Below are positions 9,473-18,079 of a stretch of 64,000 nt of DNA, one piece after another (within the stretch, counting starts at the first letter, position 1; each line of letters starts with the position of its first letter). The DNA comes from Candidatus Poseidoniales archaeon. Lineage in GTDB: Archaea > Thermoplasmatota > Poseidoniia > Poseidoniales > Poseidoniaceae. Location of the stretch: contig JAYOTG010000008.1 of assembly GCA_038150305.1 (NCBI GenBank), positions 8,380 to 72,379 on the forward strand, in the 5' to 3' direction. The notes below the pieces were generated by a model, which worked only from the letters and a program-made list of their open reading frames with translations, made no database searches and had not been told where the DNA came from. A program made the translations under genes and the position numbers.

Positions 9473-11833
9473 ATGGAGAGCGGCTCTGACCCGTCCGTCT
9501 TTGAACACCGCCGGCTCTACAAACTCGGTCTGTTCACCCACGATCACGCGAAAATGGTCCTTGCTGTGGGCCTTCTGTTCACCCTCGGATTGGCCTCAAT
9601 GATGGTCTTCGTCGAACCGGACTGGGCCGAATCCTTCGGCGAAGGCGACTTGGAATCAAGCGAAGTCTTCCGCGCCCTCGGTGCTGATTTTGGTGACCCT
9701 GAAGCCGAAAACACCGAGACCTTCTACATCCTTGTCCACCATCCAAACAGCGCTCCCGGCGATGCCGCCACCGTCGCCACGGTGAACGATGTGCTCGCGG
9801 ATTTGGAGCAAGATGCCACGGTTCAGGTGGTTCGAGCGTGGGAGGTTGACGAAGCCAACCAAAGCGCCCATGTTTCCGACGATGGGGCATGGTCGCGATC
9901 CTCCGTGCAGATCACCCAGGGTAGAAGCGAAGCCAAGGCCCTGCTCAAAGAACACTGGAAGGACATGGAGCAGGCGATTCACGACGCAGGCATGCACCTC
10001 GAAGACGAGGGCGACGTGACGGTGTACATTGCTGGACCCCTGGCCACCGACGCGACCTTCGACCTGCGCCTCAAGGACGACCTGATCAAGGCTGAACTCG
10101 GATCAGGCCCCCTGGTGGCCGCTGTGCTGCTCATCGTCTTCGGCTCCCTCGTCGCAGCAGCGCTGCCGCTGGGCATCGGTGTGCTCACCGTCGTCAGTGC
10201 CTTTGGCGTCACCATCTGGTTGTCCACCCTCGACGGTGCGAACGTCAACAACTTCGCTGGCAACATCATCACGCTCCTTGGACTGGGCGTCTCCATTGAT
10301 TATTCCCTCTTCGTGGTCTACCGCTACCGCGAGGAGCAGGCCAACGGTCACGACATCCGCACGGCTCTGGCCGTGACCTCCGCGACCGCGGGGCGCGCTG
10401 TGTTTTACTCCGGCATCACCGTGGCGATCGGCCTGACCGGGCTGCTTTTCTTCGAGAACACGGGCGCGCCATCGCTGGGCATCGGGGGCACGCTCGCCGT
10501 CACCTTGGCCATGCTCACCTCCGTCATCATGCTGCCCGCATTCTTGGCCGTGCTCGGGGACAACATCGACCGCTTCCGCGTGCCCTTTGGGATGAACCAG
10601 ACCGTCTCTGAAGACGGGTTTTGGGCATGGATCGCCAACGCCGTCATGGCCAAGCCCGTTGCCGTGCTCGTGCCCATCCTCATCCTTCTGCTCGGTGCCG
10701 GTGCGCCCTTCCTCAACGCGGAGTGGGGCGTCACCAGCATCCGCTCCTTGCCACCGGACGACATGTCGCGCAACGGACTTGAGGAGATGGAGGTCATCTG
10801 GGCTGGGGCCTCCGACAAATCGCTCTTCTTGCACTACGAAGCCGAAGGCCACCCCCTCGACGAAGAGCATCTCCGCCACGTTCACGCCCTGAGCGCGAGT
10901 TTGCTCGAGCGCGACGACGTCGAACACGTGTTCGCTCCAGGGTTCTTTGAGCCAAACATGAGCGCGGACGACGTGGTGCAGTTCTGGAACGCGCCCGCAG
11001 AGTTCCTCAGCCCAGAACAAGCAGGGCAGCGCGAAGCCCTGCGTGCTGGATTCATCAGCGCCGACAACGCGTCCACCTTCATCCAACTGACCTTGGTGGA
11101 CGATTGGAACAGCCCAGAGGCCCTCGAAGCCGTTCGCGATCTTCGCGAGCTCCGCGACGAGGGGGCCTGGAACGCGTTCAACGGTGCGGTTCCGCTGGTT
11201 GGTGGACTCGCGGCCTACAACCTGGACGTGGTGGATGCCGTCGCGGAGAACCTGCCGATTTCAATGACCTACATCTTCCTGGCCACGTGCCTGATCCTCT
11301 TCGTGCAGGTCCGCTCGGTTGTCATCCCGCTGAAGGCCGTGGTGATGAACATCCTGAGCGTGACGGCCACCTTTGGCATGCTGGTCTTCATCTTCCAAGA
11401 AGGCGGGATGGGGCTCGACCAGCTCATGAATTTCACACCGGAACCGATCGACCCAACCACGCCGGTGATGCTGTTCTGCATCGTGTTCGGTCTCTCGATG
11501 GACTATGAGGTTCTGATGCTGTCCCGCATTCACGAGGAATGGGAGCGCACCGGCGACAACACGCTGGCCGTGGCCAATGGCCTCCAGAAGACGGGGCGGC
11601 TTATCACCGCGGCTGCGGCCATCATGGTCCTGGTGTTCAGCGCGCAAATCTTCGCTTCGGTGGCCATCATCAAGATGTTCGGTCTGGGACTTGCTCTGGC
11701 CATCTTCGTTGACGCGACCTTGGTCCGAGCGCTGGTGGTCCCTGCCACGATGCGCTTGATGGGCCCGCTCAACTGGTGGTCGCCAAAGTGGATGGGCGGC
11801 GGGTCCACCCCGAACCTCGACGAGGAAGCGTGA
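9473..11833 (+). CDS. MMPL/RND family transporter
   Basis: GLGVSIDYSLF..RYREE, TAGRAVFYSG, FGLSMDYEVLMLSRIHEE, DATLVRALVVPA. Confidence 0.95.
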   Translation: MESGSDPSVFEHRRLYKLGLFTHDHAKMVLAVGLLFTLGLASMMVFVEPDWAESFGEGDLESSEVFRALGADFGDPEAENTETFYILVHHPNSAPGDAATVATVNDVLADLEQDATVQVVRAWEVDEANQSAHVSDDGAWSRSSVQITQGRSEAKALLKEHWKDMEQAIHDAGMHLEDEGDVTVYIAGPLATDATFDLRLKDDLIKAELGSGPLVAAVLLIVFGSLVAAALPLGIGVLTVVSAFGVTIWLSTLDGANVNNFAGNIITLLGLGVSIDYSLFVVYRYREEQANGHDIRTALAVTSATAGRAVFYSGITVAIGLTGLLFFENTGAPSLGIGGTLAVTLAMLTSVIMLPAFLAVLGDNIDRFRVPFGMNQTVSEDGFWAWIANAVMAKPVAVLVPILILLLGAGAPFLNAEWGVTSIRSLPPDDMSRNGLEEMEVIWAGASDKSLFLHYEAEGHPLDEEHLRHVHALSASLLERDDVEHVFAPGFFEPNMSADDVVQFWNAPAEFLSPEQAGQREALRAGFISADNASTFIQLTLVDDWNSPEALEAVRDLRELRDEGAWNAFNGAVPLVGGLAAYNLDVVDAVAENLPISMTYIFLATCLILFVQVRSVVIPLKAVVMNILSVTATFGMLVFIFQEGGMGLDQLMNFTPEPIDPTTPVMLFCIVFGLSMDYEVLMLSRIHEEWERTGDNTLAVANGLQKTGRLITAAAAIMVLVFSAQIFASVAIIKMFGLGLALAIFVDATLVRALVVPATMRLMGPLNWWSPKWMGGGSTPNLDEEA

Positions 11834-12841
11834 TCACGCCAACTCGGGCAACCTTGCCCACAGGGCGAGCCACTGAGCCAGATTCCTCTCCACGTCTTCC
11901 GCCTCGACGGGTCGGTCTTCTGCAACCCCTGTCGCGTCGATGGCCTGAATCCTGCACCCACAGGCGTTGGCGTGACCGCCACCCGTTTCATCGAGCAGCG
12001 TGGCCAGCCGAGACAGGTCCACCCGCCGGCGGCCTTCGAAAAAGGAATTCGCGTAGAAACTCGCCGACAAGGGCGGCCGATCGTCGCGTTCCACGGCGCC
12101 GTCCACGTGACCATGGATGACGCAGCACGCATCTGCATCCGCGCCAACGTGAGCGGTCACCAGGTAACCGCTCGCACGTTGAGGCAGCCCTTCCATCCTG
12201 CAAATGGCCAAGCGATCGACCACGGTGGTCCGTGCGTGAACGGCCTCGAACGCAGCCTGCCGGTCTTGAGCGGCTGCCGCCAAACGCGTGGCCACTTCGG
12301 AATCCTCGACAAGCGCCGTCTCGTCCGCACCCGCCACAAGCAAGCCCAGGACATGGTGCATGAAGTCAGCCTGCGAGGTGCCAAGGCACCGTGCAAGCCG
12401 CACCAGCGGCCCATCGGCCAGGAACACATCGCGCTCGATGCCCCCTGAATCGATGGCGTCCACAAAGGGCATCAGGTTCGCCAGATGCTGAAGATCGCTG
12501 AACGGAGCCACGAGGTTGTGGGCCACTCGGGCTGCGGATGGCTCCGCGGCCCAATCCAACCGTCCACCGGCCGATTCGAAGGCAGCAGCAGCGTCCTCGT
12601 TTGGACGGTTGGTCAAGTGGTGGTCGACGTACCACCCGCATGCGGGGTGAAAGGGCAAATCGACGATAACGGTCCCTCGGTCAATGACGTCGTCAAGATG
12701 CCCGCTTCGCACGAGCGCGGGGTGGGCGAACACCACTTCCGTCTCGGGAAGGGCACGTTGGAGGATGGCGGCGGCGCAGAGCCCGTCGAGGTCCGCATCC
12801 GCAACGATGCGATGAACCTCAGGGAATGGGCCCGATTCCAT
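11834..12841 (-). CDS. DHH/DHHA1 family phosphoesterase
   Basis: DADLDG, VDLP, VDHH and GGGHANA motifs; start uncertain (12841 chosen). Confidence 0.85.
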   Translation of the reverse strand: MESGPFPEVHRIVADADLDGLCAAAILQRALPETEVVFAHPALVRSGHLDDVIDRGTVIVDLPFHPACGWYVDHHLTNRPNEDAAAAFESAGGRLDWAAEPSAARVAHNLVAPFSDLQHLANLMPFVDAIDSGGIERDVFLADGPLVRLARCLGTSQADFMHHVLGLLVAGADETALVEDSEVATRLAAAAQDRQAAFEAVHARTTVVDRLAICRMEGLPQRASGYLVTAHVGADADACCVIHGHVDGAVERDDRPPLSASFYANSFFEGRRRVDLSRLATLLDETGGGHANACGCRIQAIDATGVAEDRPVEAEDVERNLAQWLALWARLPELA

Positions 12842-12921
12842 GCTCGACCCCGGTGGCCGGGAGGCCATCAACGTGCCGCGAGGGCAGCAAAGGCCATCAG
12901 GGCCTCGTGGGTGGATGCTGC

Positions 12922-13332
12922 ATGGAGACTTCATGCGGCGTGGTGTTGGTGAACCTGGGCGCCGTCCTGCTCCTCCAGTACCCGCAGGGGCACTGGGATT
13001 TCCCGAAGGGCCACGTCGAAGCCAGCGATGCTGGACACAAGGGCACCGTGCGACGCGAACTCAAGGAGGAAACTGGAATCCTCGACATCAGCTTCGTGGA
13101 GGGATTCCAGGAGCGCACCACCTACAGCTACACCCACAAGGGTCGTCTGATTGAGAAAGAGGTGCACTGGTACTTGGCCGAAACCGAGACGCTGGACGTG
13201 ATGTTGTCCCACGAGCACCGAGGTCATCTCTGGCTTGACTGGGACGCCGCTGCGGCTCAGTTGACCCACGAGGCTGGCCTTGGGGTGCTGCTGTCCGCTA
13301 AAGCACACATGCAGCGCCTTGGCCGGGATTGA
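12922..13332 (+). CDS. Nudix hydrolase, Ap4A hydrolase-like
   Basis: SCGVV, HWDFPKGHVE, RELKEETGI, LSHEH..WL. Confidence 0.9.
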   Translation: METSCGVVLVNLGAVLLLQYPQGHWDFPKGHVEASDAGHKGTVRRELKEETGILDISFVEGFQERTTYSYTHKGRLIEKEVHWYLAETETLDVMLSHEHRGHLWLDWDAAAAQLTHEAGLGVLLSAKAHMQRLGRD

Positions 13333-14031
13333 TCACACGTCGGCGACGTCGTCGTCGTGCTGGCGCTGCAAGCGAAGCATGCCACCGATGCCGTCCTCGG
13401 GTCCGCGATGCCCCAGGGGTTTCCACAGGACTTCGTCTTCACCAAGACGCAGTGCGCACCAGCGGCCCATCACAAAACACCAGTCGGACAGGCGGTTGAC
13501 GTACACCAGAGCAAGGTTGCGCACAGCGTCGTCGCCCTCGGCTTCACGAAGGCTCACCATGGCGCGTTCAAGCCGCCTGATCGTGACCCGAGCAAGATGG
13601 AAATTGGCGAGGAGCGTGGAGCCACCAGGCAGGATGAAACTGGTCAAGGGAGGGAGTTCGACCAGCATCTCGTCCATCTCTTCGAGCAAAAGGTCGGCGT
13701 GCTCTTGGCCGAGGACCTGCATGCCCTCTGGAAGGCCACCTGGAGGTGTTGCCACCTCAGCGCCAAGGTCGAAGACCTCGCTCTGAAGGCGGTCCAACGC
13801 GGCCAGCACCACCTGCCCTGTTCGGCGAACGTTGGAGCGCGGGCCGCCGTCGTCGTGCCATCCATCAAGGGACAAGGTGGCCGCACGAACCGCTCCAAGC
13901 GCGGCGTTCACCTCGTCGCAAAGCCCCACCGCCTGCAAACGAAGATCGGCTTTGGACCGACGGCTGCCGTCCACCAATCCTGTGGTGCCGTCGTCCCCAG
14001 TCCCGGTGTGGACGCGGGTGATGCGGACCAT
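13333..14031 (-). CDS. pduO: Cob(I)alamin adenosyltransferase, PduO type
   Basis: HTGTGDDGTTGL, DEVNAALG, FILPGG, RRLER, VNRLSD; GGAGG SD upstream. Confidence 0.93.
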   Translation of the reverse strand: MVRITRVHTGTGDDGTTGLVDGSRRSKADLRLQAVGLCDEVNAALGAVRAATLSLDGWHDDGGPRSNVRRTGQVVLAALDRLQSEVFDLGAEVATPPGGLPEGMQVLGQEHADLLLEEMDEMLVELPPLTSFILPGGSTLLANFHLARVTIRRLERAMVSLREAEGDDAVRNLALVYVNRLSDWCFVMGRWCALRLGEDEVLWKPLGHRGPEDGIGGMLRLQRQHDDDVADV

Positions 14032-14044
14032 GTGGCCTCCTCGC

Positions 14045-14515
14045 TCAAGCCTCTATCAAGGGTTTGCGCGCACCAAAGCCCTCTGAGACATCATGGTACC
14101 ACTCGATGTCCTCCTCGCCTTCCTGCCACCCAAAGGCCACCACGCGCGCATCCACGACACCGAACCATTGCAATCGACCCGGTTCAAGGCTGACCACATG
14201 GGTGCCCTGGGATTCCATGTCTGAAACGACCTCCTGCCATTCGCCAATCGTCATCGCCGTCAGGTCAGCAATCTCCGTGACGGCAGGATGCTCGGGAGGG
14301 ACGCCGTCAAGCAGATGCTCGATTTCCTCCGCCAAGGCATTCACTTCGTCGTGCAAAGCCTGCAAGATGGCGAGGCTTCGACGGTGCTTGGGCAGCAAGT
14401 TCCTCGCCTCTTCGATCGAGACCAGGAAGGCGTTCCTCGGCATGCCCTCCGCCACATGGCACGCCGTTGTCGGGGACATTGGTCTGCCCGCAAAGGTGCC
14501 TTCATCGATGTTCAT
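14045..14515 (-). CDS. DUF2203 family protein
   Basis: SIEEARNLLP...GWQEGEEDIEWYH...GFGARKPL. Confidence 0.85.
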   Translation of the reverse strand: MNIDEGTFAGRPMSPTTACHVAEGMPRNAFLVSIEEARNLLPKHRRSLAILQALHDEVNALAEEIEHLLDGVPPEHPAVTEIADLTAMTIGEWQEVVSDMESQGTHVVSLEPGRLQWFGVVDARVVAFGWQEGEEDIEWYHDVSEGFGARKPLIEA

Positions 14516-14542
14516 GTGGACTCAAAATCCACCGAGGGCCCT

Positions 14543-14818
14543 TCAAGCCATCGTGGCTTCAGCGGTTCGTGCACTCGTTTTGCCGCGGTTGAGGCGGCCC
14601 ACGCCACGGTGAAGCAACCAACCGGCACCCGCAACCCACAGCAGCCCCTCGAGGACAAGGAGTGGGACGTACAACGGCCCGAGTCCCTTGAGCATCGTTT
14701 GAGCGTCATACGGCAAACCGTACCGGCCCATGTACAGCGATTGGGACAACAGGTTGGCACAAAACCACGCCAAAAGGACCATCCACACCCAACGTCCGGC
14801 GGAGGGGTTCGGTTTCAT
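14543..14818 (-). CDS. Small 2-TM membrane protein
   Basis: Two hydrophobic helices; TTATAT 28 nt upstream of ATG 14818. Confidence 0.6.
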   Translation of the reverse strand: MKPNPSAGRWVWMVLLAWFCANLLSQSLYMGRYGLPYDAQTMLKGLGPLYVPLLVLEGLLWVAGAGWLLHRGVGRLNRGKTSARTAEATMA

Positions 14819-14863
14819 GTCATGAAATCGACGTGCTCGGATATAAGGCACTGTATTCGATGC

Positions 14864-15658
14864 TCATGCTTCCTCGTGCTTTGGCCACCGATCGGCGGCA
14901 TCCGGCACCACGCGAAGGATGGCCTCTTCCACCGCCTCAATCCATGCTTCGGCCACGGCCGCTTCACCGCCGGAGGACCGGAGCGATGCATCCCAAGCGC
15001 TGGCTTCGTCCGCGTTTCCGAGGGCGGTGTGAATCCGATGGAGGGCGAGATACGCCATTGGGTTGAGGTGAGGTTCGTCCGTGGCCCAGCCTCGCTCAAA
15101 GCACGCGATGGCCCCACGCTCACCAGACAGGGCCCCTCGTTGCAGGGCCACCATCCCGGCTTGGCTCCACGCCAGCGGCAACTTCCCGATCAGCAGGCCA
15201 CGAAACACGAGGTAGGTTTGGCCCACACCAAGCAAGACCAAGGCGAAGAAATCCACCCACTGCTCGATGGCCGTCAGGGTTGACCACGTCCGGGCCATTA
15301 GGCCACCGATGCCGACACACAGCAGAAAACCGGAGAGAGGAGCCACGATGACGTCCCGACGGGTGCGAACGATGTGCGTCAATCCCGCGAGCACCCCGAA
15401 GGCTCCCAACACGCACAGCACCGCCAGCAGCCCGTCGACACCAAGGGGCCGTGGTGCGGCGGTGCCCATCGCCAACAGCGCGCCAACCACCAGCAAGGTG
15501 GAGCCGTAGCGGAAGGAAGGTTCTGGGAAGGGCTGTTGGCGCGACAAGCGAACCAACACGACGCCGATCAAGACCAGGAGCCCCAAGAGGAGCCACACCA
15601 AGGTCGCGTCGTCGGAAAAGGGCCCCACAAGCGATGGCGGGGGGGCGTTGGCTTTCAA
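14864..15658 (-). CDS. Membrane protein, about 5 TM plus C-terminal TPR-like helices
   Basis: Hydrophobic N-terminal half, helical tail ([18 protein letters not shown]); start overlaps the rlmH stop. Confidence 0.75.
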   Translation of the reverse strand: MKANAPPPSLVGPFSDDATLVWLLLGLLVLIGVVLVRLSRQQPFPEPSFRYGSTLLVVGALLAMGTAAPRPLGVDGLLAVLCVLGAFGVLAGLTHIVRTRRDVIVAPLSGFLLCVGIGGLMARTWSTLTAIEQWVDFFALVLLGVGQTYLVFRGLLIGKLPLAWSQAGMVALQRGALSGERGAIACFERGWATDEPHLNPMAYLALHRIHTALGNADEASAWDASLRSSGGEAAVAEAWIEAVEEAILRVVPDAADRWPKHEEA

Positions 15659-16104
15659 GTCCGTTCTTCGCCCTGCGGCCGGCCACGGTGGTAGGCGGTG
15701 CCGCGGTGGATTTCCGTGGCCCGGTAGAGCTGTTCGAGGAGCACCACGCTCGCCAACTCATGGGGCATGGTGAGGGGTGAAAGCGAGAGACGAGCCGTGT
15801 TTGGCTCCGCGCCATTCCAGCCGTCGGGAGGTCCGAGCATGAGGTGAACGTCCTCACTGGCCAAGGTCCATTGACGCACGGTTTCCGCGAAGGCAAGGCT
15901 GTCCGGGGCGTCCCCACCCTCGTCGAGCAGCACCCGCGTGGTGCCTTGGGGAGGCGCGGTCAAGTACACCTCGAGGGAGGTTTTCGACGGATGGACCTCG
16001 AGGCGGACGCCGCGCTGACGAAGGCGGGTGGCGTACACCTCAACGGCGGCAGCCATGGAACGCTCCTTTGGCCGGCCGTGCAGGTGGACGATGATGCGCC
16101 CCAT
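15655..16104 (-). CDS. rlmH: 23S rRNA (pseudouridine-1915 N3) methyltransferase RlmH-like SPOUT protein
   Basis: [39 protein letters not shown]. Confidence 0.88.
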   Translation of the reverse strand: MGRIIVHLHGRPKERSMAAAVEVYATRLRQRGVRLEVHPSKTSLEVYLTAPPQGTTRVLLDEGGDAPDSLAFAETVRQWTLASEDVHLMLGPPDGWNGAEPNTARLSLSPLTMPHELASVVLLEQLYRATEIHRGTAYHRGRPQGEERT

Positions 16105-16178
16105 GGACCGTGCAGGAGGCACCTGTGCATGGGTTCTTCGCTGAACAACCTCAAAGGAGGTCGAGCCGAAGACGAGGC

Positions 16179-16514
16179 ATGGGGTGGCGATTTCCTTGGA
16201 GCCGTCGCGCTTCAAACCCGGATCCAAACCCGCCCCTTCGTCGGGACACGCGGGCGTGGCTCGCGGCCTTGCAGGAGGTCTGCGAGCGTCATTTCGACCA
16301 GCCCCAAGCCGGGCGGATGCGGGTCAGGGAACTCCAAGTTGAATGGCGTGAAGCCAAGACCGAGGGAGTGTTGGACGACGCCGGCCACCTCGGCCTTGAG
16401 CGCCGAGCCTACCGTTTGCTCAACGGCGACGATGAGGCGTGGTTGAGGTGGTTGGACGATTTGGGCTTCTGGAAGCCGGGCTGGAATCCTGACGAGGGCG
16501 ATGAACAGGCTTGA
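16179..16514 (+). CDS. Hypothetical Trp-rich protein
   Basis: ORF 16110..16514; start MGWRFPW with CTCAAA 29 nt upstream. Confidence 0.65.
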   Translation: MGWRFPWSRRASNPDPNPPLRRDTRAWLAALQEVCERHFDQPQAGRMRVRELQVEWREAKTEGVLDDAGHLGLERRAYRLLNGDDEAWLRWLDDLGFWKPGWNPDEGDEQA

Positions 16515-16539
16515 TAGCACGCCGGCATCAGCCAAATCC

Positions 16540-17238
16540 ATGGGTGAGCGTGCTGCGCTTCACATGCTGTACTCCTGCCCGTTCTGCTGGAAGGTCCGCG
16601 GCCTGATTGAACACCTCGACATGGACGTCGATTACGTCCCGGTCAACGGCATGAAAATCCGCAAGGAGGTGGCCTTCGCCGGCGACTGGGGCAAGGTCCC
16701 GGTCTTCACCGACGAAAACGGTCACCACGTCGTTGACTCCACGCCCCTCCTGCGCCACCTTGACGCCACCTACAACGAGGGTAAACTGGCTGCCCGTGGC
16801 GATGCTGCCCGTCAGGACGAATGGATGACTTGGGTGGACACGCACATGAAGAACGCCACGGTTCCCATCCTCTACGGGAGCCTCGGCTCCGCCCTGAAGA
16901 CGACCACACGCATCTCGAAGATTGAGAAATTCGGATTCTTCGCCAAGCGCCTGTACGCGTGGGCCGGCTTCCCCATCATGTGGGGCATCATCGCCCGAAA
17001 ACGGGTCAAGAAAGACGGGCGCACGCCAAAGAAACTCTGGCATGACCTGTTGAGTGAATTCACCGGCGCGTTTGAGGGTCAACCCTTCTTTGGCGGCGAC
17101 CATCCTGACTTGGTGGACTTCGCCGCCTTCGGCTACATGCGATCGATTTCCCCCTTCCCGCAGTTCGATCAACTCCAAGATCACGCGGCCGGGATGGCCT
17201 GGTACAACGGCATGAACGGCACGCTTCATGGGGCGTGA
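16540..17238 (+). CDS. Glutathione S-transferase/glutaredoxin family protein (mPGES-2-like)
   Basis: SCPFCWKVR, KVPV, VDST, FFGGDHPDLVDFAAFG. Confidence 0.85.
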   Translation: MGERAALHMLYSCPFCWKVRGLIEHLDMDVDYVPVNGMKIRKEVAFAGDWGKVPVFTDENGHHVVDSTPLLRHLDATYNEGKLAARGDAARQDEWMTWVDTHMKNATVPILYGSLGSALKTTTRISKIEKFGFFAKRLYAWAGFPIMWGIIARKRVKKDGRTPKKLWHDLLSEFTGAFEGQPFFGGDHPDLVDFAAFGYMRSISPFPQFDQLQDHAAGMAWYNGMNGTLHGA

Positions 17239-18079
17239 AGGCGTGAACGTCGGCCCGCTGACCTTCGTTGAAGTGGAGGCGGGCACAACCCACGTGGGGG
17301 ACAACCGCGGAGGGTGGATCCACGCCAGCCAGCGGCCAAGGCACGAGGTACGCCTCCCCGCCTTCTACATCCTCGAATCGCCACTGTTGACGAACGAGGT
17401 CGCAGCGCTGCTCGGTCGTGAAGAACCGGGGCAGAACGACGTCCATGAAGGCGTTGACGCCGCGCTGCTCCAGCGCATTTGTGCGGCCCTTCGACCCCTC
17501 GTCGATCAAGGTCTCGAAGTTCGACCTCCGAGTTTGGCGGAGTGGACCCATGCCCGAGAAAACGGGAGGCTCACGCCCCAACAGGGCGCGCTCGAAGTCC
17601 TGGCAGACGCTCCCTTCTCCAACCACCGAGGCGCCCCAATGGACGGTCGCCCAAGGGAAGGGTCTGGCCATGGCCCCCTGATGGATCAATTGGCCTGCAT
17701 CGAAGTCCACCCTCAGAAAACAGGGGTCACGGCGACCGCCTCGGTGCCCATGGACCGGCGCCTGCCCGGCACCGTGCTCCGGCTGGTGCTGAGCCCAACA
17801 CGCACCTTGCCCACGCGTACCGTGCCCAAGCAAGCCGACCTCGCGGCCAACCTTCGCATCGAGGTGCTCAGCACCTTGCTCATCGGTGTGGTTCCGTCCT
17901 TCCTGATCCCCGTCGTGCGGGGCTTCGGCAGCTACGCGCTGGAAGGATGGGCGAACCTTCTGTTTGGGGGGCTGGTCGCCGGATTCGTCACGGGAGCCGT
18001 GTGGCGACCGCGACGACCGACCGTTGCTTGGGACGACGGCGAAATTCAGTCCGACGTGGACCGCAGCGTTTCCCAGTAG
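17228..18079 (+). CDS. Degenerate FGE-sulfatase (SUMF1)-like domain with C-terminal TM pair
   Basis: FVEVEAG..VG, PRHEVRLPAFYI...LTN, RPPSLAEW; two terminal hydrophobic helices. Confidence 0.65.
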   Translation: MGREGVNVGPLTFVEVEAGTTHVGDNRGGWIHASQRPRHEVRLPAFYILESPLLTNEVAALLGREEPGQNDVHEGVDAALLQRICAALRPLVDQGLEVRPPSLAEWTHARENGRLTPQQGALEVLADAPFSNHRGAPMDGRPREGSGHGPLMDQLACIEVHPQKTGVTATASVPMDRRLPGTVLRLVLSPTRTLPTRTVPKQADLAANLRIEVLSTLLIGVVPSFLIPVVRGFGSYALEGWANLLFGGLVAGFVTGAVWRPRRPTVAWDDGEIQSDVDRSVSQ

